DNA from: an uncultured virus (IMG/VR IMGVR_UViG_3300042691_023467)
Lineage: Duplodnaviria > Heunggongvirae > Uroviricota > Caudoviricetes
IMG/VR virus record: IMGVR_UViG_3300042691_023467
Strand: one strand, 5' to 3'
Length of the DNA stretch: 64,000 bases
Below the pieces are notes generated by a model. That model saw only the letters and a program-made list of their open reading frames with translations. It had not been told where the DNA came from and did no database searches. Below are positions 1-9,875 of this stretch, piece after piece. How positions within the stretch are numbered: position 1 is the first letter of the stretch; every line of letters starts with the position of its first letter. A program made the position numbers and the translations under genes.

Positions 1-133
1 CAATCCTATCATTTCCATTAGATTGCGGTGGTTGACCAGCATCTCCTGATGGCGTGTTAACAGCATTAGCTGCTGTTAACCAAGTTGTTGCTGAATCCCA
101 ATCACCAGTTTGTTTAGAAATATACGTTGCCAT
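1..133 (-). CDS. 5' part of a putative virion/fibre protein running off the window edge
   Basis: Not in the ORF track. ATG at 133 reads MATYISKQTGDWDSATTWLTAANAVNTPSGDAGQPPQSNGNDRI, open to base 1. TATAAATA lies 10 nt upstream. Confidence 0.6.
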   Translation of the reverse strand, partial: MATYISKQTGDWDSATTWLTAANAVNTPSGDAGQPPQSNGNDRI

Positions 134-146
134 GTTATAGTATTAT

Positions 147-710
147 TTATATGATAATTTGTTTTTTTGCTACTAAATTTGATAATATTCCACCGGAAAA
201 AATTTCATAGAATGAATCCTCACTTCCGTCGGTTGCAATATATCTATAATATGTTTTATCTGTTGAAGAAGTAGCATAAACATATGTATATACATCTCCA
301 GAACCTATAGATGAATTTAAAGTAGGTTCAATTTTAAATCCTCTAACCAAAGTAGTCCAATCTATAAAAGTTCCGTAAAATTTTGAGTTTGAAGATAAGT
401 TTCCGGTCAAGGTTCCTCCAGATAACGGGAGGTAGTTAGTAGTTAAAAAAGAATTTGTTGCGTCTATAGTATATTCTACTAAATCATTATCTGTTGTTCC
501 GTTTTTATACCAATATTTTTTTGGAACTCCGTTTATTACTAATCTTACTTCTAAAGATTTAAATCTTACTCCAGATGGAATAGATGAATTTGCTTGTGTT
601 TTTGCTGCCGCTTCGTTTATTCCTTCGTATGGACCAGACCAAGCGTCGGTTGGAACAGGATTAAGTGGTTGTATTCCGAAAGGTAATTGAAATCCGTTTG
701 TTAATGCCAT
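147..710 (-). CDS. Putative virion structural protein (fibre/decoration-associated)
   Basis: YLPLSGGTLTG motif typical of phage fibre proteins; N-terminus resembles that of 719..2056; late-type TAAATA upstream. Confidence 0.5.
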   Translation of the reverse strand: MALTNGFQLPFGIQPLNPVPTDAWSGPYEGINEAAAKTQANSSIPSGVRFKSLEVRLVINGVPKKYWYKNGTTDNDLVEYTIDATNSFLTTNYLPLSGGTLTGNLSSNSKFYGTFIDWTTLVRGFKIEPTLNSSIGSGDVYTYVYATSSTDKTYYRYIATDGSEDSFYEIFSGGILSNLVAKKQIII

Positions 711-718
711 AAAAATAT

Positions 719-2056
719 TTACCCTCTAGTTATTTCGTGTCTGTGTCCATTTGGAGTATATGGTGTAGCTATACTACAAGTGTAAACCTTATATGAATAT
801 GGGTTTCCGGAATAATCATTTACATTAAAAGGATTATTAACGTATGAAGTAGTAAGATTAGCGTCAGAAGCATCCCTATCTCTTACTAAAGTAATAGAAA
901 GAGTATTTGGCATAGCTACTGTAAATTTAGTAAAAATGTTTCCAGTTTGTAAATCAAATGGATTTGATCCGTTTGTAAACATTCTTCCGGTTAATCCTCT
1001 TACTTGGGATGAATTTACTGGTGCTACTGAAGAAGAAGCATAGAAAATCATATTATAAAATGAAATTGTCGCTTGGTTTCCGATTGTTCCTTGATATCCA
1101 TCGAATGCTGATAATCGATAGTATACGTTATTGGCTGAAGATGCTCCAGCGGGAATATGATTTGTTAATGAAACCGAAGCGGTTGGACCTGATATAGAAA
1201 CAGGAGTTCCGATAGTTGTCCATGATCCAGAATCAACTTTAAATTGAATTATATAACTAACTAAATCAACATAAGGAGAATTTCTGGTTATAGTTGCCGT
1301 TATATTTGAATTAACATTAGACTTCTCTCTAACTGTATTTGTTTCTGGAGACGTTATTGTGTTATATGCTGCTATAGTGGGAGCAGGAACTGTAGGTGAT
1401 GAATATGCTGCTGGTGTTATTGCTAACGCCGCTGACGCCATAGCTCCGATAGTATCTGTTACTATATATCTATAATTAAAACTTTGAGTGTTAAACGGAG
1501 TATCTGTTAATATATGATTATAAGATCCATTATTTGTGGTGTTAGTACTTAAAACAGCCCAAGAACCGGAATCATTTCTTCTATATTGTAAACTTGCGGA
1601 ATTTACAGTTGCTCCTAAACTTTTTATAACATGCGTAAAATTAATAACATTGTTTATATTAGTTTGATTAAATGCTATCGTTGTTGGAGATGTTAAAGTG
1701 ATAATAGGTTTAATAGGTTCTACTATAGACATCTGAATAACTTGACTTGGTGTTTTTCCTATCGATTCAATTATATCACCATTAACATATCTCCCGAATG
1801 TTTTTGCTCCTTCTAAAGATACTGTTAAATTTTGAGTGAATGTAGTTCCTCCCCCACCAGCTTCTTTCCATTGATCTCTAGCAGAATTTAAAAAATATAA
1901 AGTTTCAGTTTGTAAATCGGAAACGACTTGTCCTGAATATCTTCTTGGGTTTGTTAAATACGCAAGTCTTTCAGCTGTCGTTGAAAATACTATATCTATA
2001 TCAAGCGGTGCTGCGTATTGTCTTTTAAATTGTAGTGGGAATAAAAAGTCAGCCAT
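719..2056 (-). CDS. Putative virion structural protein, Ser/Thr-rich, Ig/FN3-like beta domains
   Basis: Beta-rich S/T/N composition; C-terminal domain visibly paralogous to 2061..3494; structural cluster downstream of portal. Confidence 0.55.
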   Translation of the reverse strand: MADFLFPLQFKRQYAAPLDIDIVFSTTAERLAYLTNPRRYSGQVVSDLQTETLYFLNSARDQWKEAGGGGTTFTQNLTVSLEGAKTFGRYVNGDIIESIGKTPSQVIQMSIVEPIKPIITLTSPTTIAFNQTNINNVINFTHVIKSLGATVNSASLQYRRNDSGSWAVLSTNTTNNGSYNHILTDTPFNTQSFNYRYIVTDTIGAMASAALAITPAAYSSPTVPAPTIAAYNTITSPETNTVREKSNVNSNITATITRNSPYVDLVSYIIQFKVDSGSWTTIGTPVSISGPTASVSLTNHIPAGASSANNVYYRLSAFDGYQGTIGNQATISFYNMIFYASSSVAPVNSSQVRGLTGRMFTNGSNPFDLQTGNIFTKFTVAMPNTLSITLVRDRDASDANLTTSYVNNPFNVNDYSGNPYSYKVYTCSIATPYTPNGHRHEITRG

Positions 2057-2060
2057 ATTA

Positions 2061-3494
2061 TTAAATAATTACAGTATAAATAGAAGATTGTGTAAATGGT
2101 TGTACCGGAGTAAACACATAAACTTTATAACCTATAGCTGGATATGAATTTGCTCCTTCTACATTTACTAAAGTTTTAGTAAACGCAGTTTTTATCTCAG
2201 TTTTAAAAACTGGTTCTTCTACGCTAGTTACATCTCTTAAAGAACTTGGATATGCAAAAATTACACTTGTTGATCCTATTGGTATTGGAATATCAAAAAC
2301 CATACCGTTTGTTGGGTTTAATATTGTGCTTGTTAAGCTTCTAACTTGTGCTGAATTTTGACCTAATGAATCTACACCATAAAAACATTTTCTTCTGCCT
2401 ACTATATTAGTAGTTTTTATCATGTAATTTGATGGATATTCAACATCATAATTATTTCCTTTATTATCGTATGGTTGTGGACCGCTAAAATGTCCTACAC
2501 TAGCTTGTAATACATTGCTTCCATCGTTTATAACAGCACCCGCTGATGTATAATAATTTACTGTTCCAGTATTAACACCCATAATAATATAATCATGAGC
2601 AGAACCCGATCTATAATTTTGAAATGCTATTGGATCCCAAACGTTACTAATATTTTTTCCGTTTATAGAACCTCTATCAAAAGTTGCAGTTAAAGAAACC
2701 CCTATAGTTCCAGATTCAACATTAGATGGTATATTAGTAGTCAAAGAAACACTTGGATTTATAAAAGTAGGATAAAATATTTTATTTAAAAGTTTTTCCG
2801 CAAATTGTTGGAATGTAGTTCCAGATAAAACTAATTGTCCCGCTGAAATAGCACCAACATTTATATCTGAAGTTATACTAGATGATAATATCGGTGATAA
2901 TAATCTAGAACTATTACTAGTTATAAACGTAATAGTTGATGTTAGTGATGGAGACGTTAAAACCGCACTATTAGAAGTGAAGAAATTTATTGTGGACGAA
3001 AGAGGAGGAGAATTTAAATATGCGCTATTAGCAGAAACGAAGTTAAAAGCTGATTGCCAATATCCACTTAATGCTTTGAGATCAGATCCATCATATATGT
3101 TATATATATTTGATCCATCACCCCAAAAAACACCAGATACGTTGTTTACGTATAAAAAATTTGAAGCATGACTTGATAAATTTGTACCTAAAGCAAAAGA
3201 ATTTCTATGTCTAACTAAATTATTTTGACCTCCCAACACACCAGCAACTTCACTTATTACTACGTTATTTCCAAATTGTGTGTTTATTGAACTTAAATTT
3301 AAATTTAAAAGATATGGTATTTGTTCGTTATTAAAAAACGTTACAATATATTCGTTTGTTCCATTTTTTTTCTTTAAATAAATTTGACCATCCGCTGTAT
3401 TAACAGCTGGTTCTCCTAAATCTATAGAAGTTAATTTAGGAACTATTCCAGAAACATCGTTTCTTTTTAATAAAAGAGTATCATATTCAATCAT
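2061..3494 (-). CDS. Putative tail fibre / virion appendage protein
   Basis: N-terminal LKR...VP...LGEPAVNTADGQIYLK motif typical of phage fibre N-termini; short GGQNN adhesin-like stretch; 19-aa internal repeats. Confidence 0.6.
   Translation of the reverse strand: MIEYDTLLLKRNDVSGIVPKLTSIDLGEPAVNTADGQIYLKKKNGTNEYIVTFFNNEQIPYLLNLNLSSINTQFGNNVVISEVAGVLGGQNNLVRHRNSFALGTNLSSHASNFLYVNNVSGVFWGDGSNIYNIYDGSDLKALSGYWQSAFNFVSANSAYLNSPPLSSTINFFTSNSAVLTSPSLTSTITFITSNSSRLLSPILSSSITSDINVGAISAGQLVLSGTTFQQFAEKLLNKIFYPTFINPSVSLTTNIPSNVESGTIGVSLTATFDRGSINGKNISNVWDPIAFQNYRSGSAHDYIIMGVNTGTVNYYTSAGAVINDGSNVLQASVGHFSGPQPYDNKGNNYDVEYPSNYMIKTTNIVGRRKCFYGVDSLGQNSAQVRSLTSTILNPTNGMVFDIPIPIGSTSVIFAYPSSLRDVTSVEEPVFKTEIKTAFTKTLVNVEGANSYPAIGYKVYVFTPVQPFTQSSIYTVII
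2880..3060 (-). repeat. Three degenerate ~19-aa (57-nt) repeats within the fibre gene
   Basis: SAFNFVSANSAYLNSPPLS / STINFFTSNSAVLTSPSLT / STITFITSNSSRLLSPILS; boundaries approximate. Confidence 0.7.
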
Positions 3495-3545
3495 GTTTAT
3501 TATATAATATTTAGTCCTAAATAAATGTTATTTGACCAATACTGA

Positions 3546-5390
3546 TTATGTTTGCGGTGATTGAGTTTGTGTTTCTGTAGCTCCGGTTGGTTCCGGTGTG
3601 GTTTCTGGTGATTGTTCTGGTGTTTCTGGTGGTGTTTCTTCTGCTCCTCCTGCTGAACCACCGAATTCTGGAACCCCACCGCTTATTGAAGATTCTTCGC
3701 TAGACCCTCCTCCTGTAAATCCTGAAGCTTCTTGTCCTGCTTGTTCTGCGGCTTTTTGATGTTCTCTCCAATTTGGTCCTAATTGAGCTATTTGATCTAA
3801 TTCCCATTTTAAAGCAGCATCTTTTCTTAACCACTCCATGTTTTCACTTATTTTAGAATCTGTTAAGCCTAAATAATGTCTTTGTGCAAATGTTTTAGCT
3901 ATAGAATCGCTTTGTGTTATATCAGAAAATATTTTATTTTTTAATTCAAATTCTTGATTTTTTCTTATCGTAAACCAGCTTGATGGTGGATTAAACTCTA
4001 AAGTAAAATATGATTCATTTAATTTTAATTCTTTCCAAAGATTTTTTAATTTTAAATGGGTTATAAATGCTTTTTTAAATCCTTCCGCAAATTGTATTTG
4101 CAATCTGATTATAAATTTTGCAAATTTTAATTCTTCTCTTAAAATTTCAGCGCCATCTTTATATCCAGATTCTGGATTTATTCTGGTCAATGGAACTTTT
4201 AACGCTTTGTATAATTTGTTTACAAAGTACATTAAATCTTCTAGTTTTCCTAAATTTGCGCCACCTTGTAATAATTCAACATCAGATCCCGTCTCTCCTG
4301 CTCTTTTTGCAAACCAAAAAGAATCCAACATCGATTGCGGATCATATATGTTTCCTGCTCCTTGGGCTGAACCAGAATCGTATGTTTTCTTCGTCCAATA
4401 CGATTGCATTAATTGTTTTAAATATGCTTCAGCTTTAGCTGGAGGCATATTTCCAACATCAATTTTAAATTTTAATCTTTCTGGTGCTCTAACCATTCTA
4501 TATATAACAATAGCGTCTTCTAAAAGAGACAATTGTTTATATGCTCTTCTTGCGTTTTCGATGAATGGTGTTCTTATTGTAAAATCTTCATTCCATGAAT
4601 CGGAATGAATGTATGTTACTTGATTTCCTTCAAGTGTTATCAACTGTTGTTGTAAAACATTTGCTGGATTTGGAGTGTTGTTTATATTTTTATTATCTCT
4701 ATCCTCAAGATTTATCGGTTTTTGAAAAATAAAATTTTGAATTACTTCATTTTGAACATTATCATAAATTGGATTTATTAATTCTCCCGGAATCAATAAA
4801 GATCCTATTACTCCCAAATCCTTTTTTTCTTCATGTACTATATTTTCAAAAAATAATTCTCCCTCCGTTAAGAGTTGACGACAATAACCCCATCCTTTTG
4901 CGTCTAAATCATATATTTTAATAAATTTAGCAAATTCTTTTTCTAATTCAGATCTAGTTTCAGAATCTAATTTTCCTATACCTGTAAAAATTATTTTTAT
5001 AACCTTACCGTTTTCGTCTTTGGTTAAAAATTCATCACAAATTTCATCTAAACAATCTGAAATTTCAGCATAAGCTGCCATCCTCCTATATTCAGCAAGT
5101 CTTCTGGTCTTATCAGAATCTATTTTAGCATATATAAATCTATGATATGCTTTATCAGAAGCAAAAGAACCGGCTCCACCATCATCTTGATAAAACGGTC
5201 CGGTTATAACAGACTGTTTCATTATTTTTAGTTGTCTGTTTTTTGAAATTCTTTCGAATAATTCGTATTTTGGATTGTTTACTTCAAGTTCTGTTGATGT
5301 TTGAACGTAAGGTAATTTATCTAAAATAGAAGATACAAATGATCTTCCGTTATTTAATTGTTTTGTAGGTGTTGGAATTATCGAAGCCAT
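3546..5390 (-). CDS. gp20: Portal protein (T4 gp20-like)
   Basis: YRRMAAYAEISDCLDEI, LLEDAIVIYRMVRAPER..DVGNMPPAKAEAYL, SMLDSFWF, LQGGANLG, ILREELKFAKFI match T4-type portal motifs; acidic Pro/Thr/Glu tail. Confidence 0.95.
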   Translation of the reverse strand: MASIIPTPTKQLNNGRSFVSSILDKLPYVQTSTELEVNNPKYELFERISKNRQLKIMKQSVITGPFYQDDGGAGSFASDKAYHRFIYAKIDSDKTRRLAEYRRMAAYAEISDCLDEICDEFLTKDENGKVIKIIFTGIGKLDSETRSELEKEFAKFIKIYDLDAKGWGYCRQLLTEGELFFENIVHEEKKDLGVIGSLLIPGELINPIYDNVQNEVIQNFIFQKPINLEDRDNKNINNTPNPANVLQQQLITLEGNQVTYIHSDSWNEDFTIRTPFIENARRAYKQLSLLEDAIVIYRMVRAPERLKFKIDVGNMPPAKAEAYLKQLMQSYWTKKTYDSGSAQGAGNIYDPQSMLDSFWFAKRAGETGSDVELLQGGANLGKLEDLMYFVNKLYKALKVPLTRINPESGYKDGAEILREELKFAKFIIRLQIQFAEGFKKAFITHLKLKNLWKELKLNESYFTLEFNPPSSWFTIRKNQEFELKNKIFSDITQSDSIAKTFAQRHYLGLTDSKISENMEWLRKDAALKWELDQIAQLGPNWREHQKAAEQAGQEASGFTGGGSSEESSISGGVPEFGGSAGGAEETPPETPEQSPETTPEPTGATETQTQSPQT

Positions 5391-5418
5391 ACGATTTATT
5401 AATAATTAGTTTTTTTTA

Positions 5419-5450
5419 TTGATTATAAACTATTAATTGTTTAAAATCAA
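5419..5450. promoter_or_regulatory. Palindromic overlapping sigma70-like promoter pair / inverted repeat upstream of portal
   Basis: TTGATTATAAAC-N8-GTTTAAAATCAA (1 mismatch). Reads TTGATT-N17-TATAAT on - and TTGATT-N17-TAAAAT on +. Confidence 0.5.
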
Positions 5451-5462
5451 TTTTTTTATATG

Positions 5463-5948
5463 TTAAACTTGTTTTATCTGAATTCCTAATGAACATGGTT
5501 TTTGAAAATTTTCAACGTTTTCGCATGGGTTTTGTCTAACTATGGTTGTTTCTTTTGTTAGCAAAGAGTATCCAGCTTCGTTTTCTATTATTACATCAAC
5601 TCGTCCTATGGTCTTAGGTATATTCGGAAAATCAAATGCTAAATAATTTTCAGAATATGAAAATTCGTTTAATTTGATACCGTAGAATGGTATATTTTTT
5701 GCTGATAAAGTTTTTATTCCAGAAAAATTATTATAATATGTATGAATATTATTAAAGATTAAATTATTATCACAGCTTAAATAAACATTTGATATATTTA
5801 AAAAATTTCCTTTGACTATAAATTGTAAATTTTGAATTGATGATAAAGCTGTATTTAAAATATATAATGAAGATCTGTTTATATCATAAATTTTAGGTTT
5901 TGCTCTATATGTTATGGTATCTTTTCTACAAATCATATTATTCTCCAC
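5463..5948 (-). CDS. Hypothetical protein (possible Ig/IPT-like virion protein)
   Basis: 161-aa ORF coupled to the gp15-like gene; GRVDVIIENEAGY resembles an IPT-like terminal strand. Confidence 0.45.
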   Translation of the reverse strand: MENNMICRKDTITYRAKPKIYDINRSSLYILNTALSSIQNLQFIVKGNFLNISNVYLSCDNNLIFNNIHTYYNNFSGIKTLSAKNIPFYGIKLNEFSYSENYLAFDFPNIPKTIGRVDVIIENEAGYSLLTKETTIVRQNPCENVENFQKPCSLGIQIKQV

Positions 5949-6726
5949 ATGTTGATGAGTTTTCAGACTCGGTTTTAATTAATTCATCTAAATCTTCAAA
6001 TATATTTGAAAAATCATCTTGATCTAAACAAGAGACATCGTTAAAATCAGCATTTATAGTGTAAATTTTTTTGTAGTAATCATCCATTTTTTTGAAAATC
6101 CATCCTTTTATTGTAAAACTAGTGTCTGCTACAATTCTATATGATTGATTTGATTGTATCTCAACTGGATATTGTAAATTTAAGTTACCATTCCAAAGTA
6201 TTTCTGTTCTTATTTCATAAGGAATCTTAGATTCTGTTAAAGAAGGTAATTTCCACGAAATTACTATATATGGATCACAATATGGAACAAAATTACTTAT
6301 TATTTGATCCATATCATTTTGATATTTTGTTAAAATCGACATATTAACAACTATATTAACAGGAACTGGTTGTGGTATTTTTTTAAATAACTGTTCGCTG
6401 TTAGCTTTGGGATTGTAAAGAACATTAAACCCTTCGTTTTTATTAAAAACTCTCTGTTGATCTCTAGAAAGCGATCCTATACTTACTGATATTACTGGAA
6501 CCGTTAATCCTCCGGGCGCTGGATTTTTTAATGCGCTAAAAACTCTTTGTTTCGGAGCATAAACGTATAAAACTTTATGTCCGCTTGTTGGTTGAACTTG
6601 TGTTTTATTTAATTGAGACGTTAGAGTTGGAGAATATGTATATCTTTTAATTATAACATCATTAAAAGCAGATACAAACTGTTCCATTAAAGTTTGTATT
6701 TCCCAATTAAATGTATATGATTTCAT
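5938..6726 (-). CDS. gp15: Tail sheath stabiliser / tail terminator (T4 gp15-like)
   Basis: Y.FN.EI..L..QF..AFND..IKR, V.YVYAPKQR, P.IS, PVPVNI...MSILTKYQNDMDQII....PY, FTIKGWI pattern of gp15. Confidence 0.8.
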   Translation of the reverse strand: MKSYTFNWEIQTLMEQFVSAFNDVIIKRYTYSPTLTSQLNKTQVQPTSGHKVLYVYAPKQRVFSALKNPAPGGLTVPVISVSIGSLSRDQQRVFNKNEGFNVLYNPKANSEQLFKKIPQPVPVNIVVNMSILTKYQNDMDQIISNFVPYCDPYIVISWKLPSLTESKIPYEIRTEILWNGNLNLQYPVEIQSNQSYRIVADTSFTIKGWIFKKMDDYYKKIYTINADFNDVSCLDQDDFSNIFEDLDELIKTESENSSTCGE

Positions 6727-6764
6727 TAAGAACTATTTATCATTTCTTAATGATAATTAATTTA

Positions 6765-7010
6765 TTAAGATGTTACTGTTTTTACTATAGAAAAATCTAT
6801 ATTTTTTCTAACACATGAACAAACTTGATATGCAAAATTAGTTATGTCTCTACCGTTGTGACCTTTACCATAACATTTTTTACAACTAATAGATGGTTTT
6901 TTAACTAATGGTAATTGTCCAATATTTAATAATGGAATATCTTTTTCCGGAACTTCATAATATGTTCCGGAAAAAACACTATATATATTTTTTATATTGT
7001 TATTTTGCAT
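6765..7010 (-). CDS. Small zinc-binding protein
   Basis: CKKCYGKG...CSC (DnaJ-type CxxCxGxG half motif). Confidence 0.55.
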   Translation of the reverse strand: MQNNNIKNIYSVFSGTYYEVPEKDIPLLNIGQLPLVKKPSISCKKCYGKGHNGRDITNFAYQVCSCVRKNIDFSIVKTVTS

Positions 7011-7353
7011 TTATAGTAAGAATTGTATCCCAAAATTTATTTCCAGATGATTTTTTGGGATAGAAAAGTAAATTGGTTTCTATTTCTGGTGAAAATTTAG
7101 ATAATGATTTTAATCTATAATCAAAATATATTAAATTATCATCATAATGTGGTTCTATATCGTAAGGAATAGGGATTTCTATTTTTTCTTCTTTGCTTTT
7201 TACACTATCTAATATAAAAGTTAAATAGAAATTTTTTTGATGAAAAATAAGAAGTTTTCCTTGTTTATAAATTTTATCTTTAAGTTCTAAAGATATATTT
7301 TTTTGCAGTAAAAATTTACAACATTCTTCTAATGGTGTACCGTTGATAGACAT
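7000..7353 (-). CDS. Hypothetical protein
   Basis: 117-aa ORF tightly packed in a - strand operon. Confidence 0.6.
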   Translation of the reverse strand: MSINGTPLEECCKFLLQKNISLELKDKIYKQGKLLIFHQKNFYLTFILDSVKSKEEKIEIPIPYDIEPHYDDNLIYFDYRLKSLSKFSPEIETNLLFYPKKSSGNKFWDTILTINAK

Positions 7354-7817
7354 TATGCTTTAACCTTGTAAAATTGACCTTTCTCGTTTCTTGTTTGATA
7401 AAAACGTTGACCAGATGGTTTGTTTCCATATGCAGAACCATTTGAATTTTTCATAAAACTTTCTTTCTGCAAAGTTGTCATATTTTTTACTTTTTTATCA
7501 AAAAATTCCCAAAATCTTTGTTGGTTTGCGGTAGGAACTGCCATTATAACTTCGCAAGAACTAGCCGGTATATTTCTCCAATCTTGCATTAAAATATCAA
7601 ATACCGTAACCAACCCTTTACTTGCTGCGTCATAAGGATGAGGTTGACTTGGTGGTTTAAAATTAAATATTTCTTTTGATAATACAGAATTTAAAAAATC
7701 TCTATCTCTAGTGCAAAACATTCTTCTAACTGGAGGGACTACAAACTTTGTTCTTCTGTTGAATTTTAATTCAACTACATGTTTGTCACATAATAATGTT
7801 AATCCCACAACAGTCAT
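7353..7817 (-). CDS. SH3/Sm-like beta-barrel protein (WYL_2/DUF2693-like)
   Basis: VVELKF.RR....RRMFCTRD ... VTVFDILMQDWRNI resembles the small phage SH3-barrel family (R.M.CT...VFD.....WR). Confidence 0.6.
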   Translation of the reverse strand: MTVVGLTLLCDKHVVELKFNRRTKFVVPPVRRMFCTRDRDFLNSVLSKEIFNFKPPSQPHPYDAASKGLVTVFDILMQDWRNIPASSCEVIMAVPTANQQRFWEFFDKKVKNMTTLQKESFMKNSNGSAYGNKPSGQRFYQTRNEKGQFYKVKA

Positions 7818-7820
7818 ATA

Positions 7821-8198
7821 TTACTTTGGTTCGCAGACACCAAAAATTCTAGCTTCATTCAAGAAAACAATATTTTTCATTCCATTCAATACTGCTACTT
7901 GCATTCCTTTATCATTTGGAAACATGATAACATCTCCTTCTTTAACGGTTTTGCAATGAGGTCCAGCTAAAATAACTTTGGCTAGTCTCCATGCAAATGT
8001 TGATACGTTGATAGGAACATATAGAGATCCTCTTTTAACTTGGGTTCCATCATCGTTAGTATCTATGTACTGACACATTAAAATGTCATCTAAAACTTTA
8101 GTTAAGTTCCATTCTTCTAACATTATTGAATTTGATGGAATGTTTTCAATTTGAATTCTTCCGCCAATTACATCTTCTTGTTCTGGTCTTGCTATCAT
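7821..8198 (-). CDS. groES: GroES-like co-chaperonin (functional analogue of T4 gp31)
   Basis: KVLDDIL...RGSLYVP...AKVILAGP...VKEGDVIMF...FLNEARIFGV follows the Cpn10 pattern. Confidence 0.85.
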   Translation of the reverse strand: MIARPEQEDVIGGRIQIENIPSNSIMLEEWNLTKVLDDILMCQYIDTNDDGTQVKRGSLYVPINVSTFAWRLAKVILAGPHCKTVKEGDVIMFPNDKGMQVAVLNGMKNIVFLNEARIFGVCEPK

Positions 8199-8204
8199 AT
8201 GTTA

Positions 8205-8576
8205 TTAATTATTTTTTTTGTTTAAAAAATCAAGCATATCTTCATAACTTTCAATTTCTTTTATTGAGAGTTCGTAATTTGATGCAATTTTTTGATAATC
8301 TTGATTTTCTTTATCTTTGTTTTTGTTATTTTTCTTAATATATTTTATGTTTTTTACTGTTTTAGGTAAAAATGTTCTATAAAATTTCAGTAAATTTATA
8401 TTTTGATTTTTTAAGATCCATCTATTTGTTATTGAATTTATAATAAAACATATAGATGGATCGCTCATTGATAACCATCGATTTATAATATAAAAATTTT
8501 TTATACTGTGTTTTTCAACATCTATATTTTTTTTCTTTAGTACAAAATCAATTATGTCGAATATGTTGTTATCCAT
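8205..8576 (-). CDS. gp62: Clamp loader small subunit (T4 gp62-like)
   Basis: FYIINRWLSM, FY...LPK....KYIKK, IASNYELS.KE..Y match gp62-type motifs. Start taken at MDNN (8576). Confidence 0.6.
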   Translation of the reverse strand: MDNNIFDIIDFVLKKKNIDVEKHSIKNFYIINRWLSMSDPSICFIINSITNRWILKNQNINLLKFYRTFLPKTVKNIKYIKKNNKNKDKENQDYQKIASNYELSIKEIESYEDMLDFLNKKNN

Positions 8577-9252
8577 TACAATATAATTTTTTAAAAACTT
8601 TTGCTGATTTATTCCAATCATCACTCAACATACTATCTCCCATTCCGAAATGAGTGACTTTAATTGGATAAACCCCCATTTTAAGTTTATTTCTATTAGC
8701 ATTCAAGCAAAATGATATATCATAATGATGAAAGTTAAAATTTTCATCGAATTTAGTATTGGTTTCTAATAATTTTTTAACATTTACCGCTAAAAATAAC
8801 CCGTCTAAAATCAAAGCTCTAGATTCCGTTGGTCCAAATACAGTTGTCCACACTTTTTTATCTTTACTGTGAGATACTTCACCAACAAAGTCCTCTCTAC
8901 TATTAGACATTAAGTGCCAAGCTGTCATATCAGCTTTTAAATTACAACTTTTAGATCCAGCTAAACCTACAATATCATAATTTTCAAAAGCTAGTGTTAA
9001 TTTTTCAAAGAAAAATAAATCCTCTATTAAAACATCGTCATGAACGAAAATTAATTTATTATCTATATTTTGCTGGTTTATAAAAGAATTGTAAACTTTA
9101 GGTAATCCTTCTTTATTTTCATAAACAATATGAGAGTTTTTTAAAAAACTTTCTTTCTCTAAAAAAAGAGCTAATTGACTTTTTTCTAAAAAAGTTTCTT
9201 TATTATGCGGAGTTGCACATACAAATTTGTAATTATTTCTATCAATTGACAT
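8569..9252 (-). CDS. Glycosyltransferase, GT-A fold (GT2-like)
   Basis: FVHDDV, DIVGLAG, LDGLFLAV, FDENFNFHHYDISFCL, HFGMG. Confidence 0.85.
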   Translation of the reverse strand: MSIDRNNYKFVCATPHNKETFLEKSQLALFLEKESFLKNSHIVYENKEGLPKVYNSFINQQNIDNKLIFVHDDVLIEDLFFFEKLTLAFENYDIVGLAGSKSCNLKADMTAWHLMSNSREDFVGEVSHSKDKKVWTTVFGPTESRALILDGLFLAVNVKKLLETNTKFDENFNFHHYDISFCLNANRNKLKMGVYPIKVTHFGMGDSMLSDDWNKSAKVFKKLYCNG

Positions 9253-9281
9253 ATATCAAGATAAATATACTATAGATTTGT

Positions 9282-9875
9282 ATGAAAAGCAATACCTTTA
9301 AAACAAGAAACATTTTAAATAAAAATTTAAAACATAACGATATTAACGAAGAAAGCGAAATTGCTTATGTATCAAGATTTTTAAATTCTCTTCTTAAAGA
9401 ACAAGATGAATTACCAAAATCTGAAGAACCAGCATCAACAGAGGCCGACCCAATTGATAATTCTCAAAAAGATCCTTCTGAATTTACTCCCGAAGTTAAT
9501 CAACAAGACTTTAAAAACTCTTTAGAAAAAGGAACCAATCCAAAAGATTTTGAAATTGAAGGAACTTCTCCTCACGCTACCGCTGAAACTATTGCTTCTA
9601 TAAGAGAATGGTCATCTAAACTAGATGATTTTGCTGAATTTTTAAATAATCCCGCTGAAACAACTAGCGAAGGAAAACCATCTTTACATAAAATTCTTTC
9701 AGATGGCGATAGAAGCGGAAGTTTGTTAAGAGGCATAACAAGAAAAGCATCTGATAGTATAACTCGTATAGCTGGTGAAGTAGAAAAATTAAAAGAAATT
9801 CTAAACACCTACATCATTACAGCACCGAAGAAAATGAGAGATACTGAAGGTCAAGCTGGTTGGACCCAATTTTAA
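9282..9875 (+). CDS. Hypothetical late protein (acidic N-half, helical C-half; possible head-internal protein)
   Basis: TAAATA at 9262-9267; LLKEQ possible prohead-protease site. Confidence 0.55.
   Translation: MKSNTFKTRNILNKNLKHNDINEESEIAYVSRFLNSLLKEQDELPKSEEPASTEADPIDNSQKDPSEFTPEVNQQDFKNSLEKGTNPKDFEIEGTSPHATAETIASIREWSSKLDDFAEFLNNPAETTSEGKPSLHKILSDGDRSGSLLRGITRKASDSITRIAGEVEKLKEILNTYIITAPKKMRDTEGQAGWTQF

Noticed and set aside
147..3494. Diversity-generating retroelement targeting the fibre genes
   Set aside because: No reverse transcriptase and no adenine-variant template/variable repeat pair were seen in the window.
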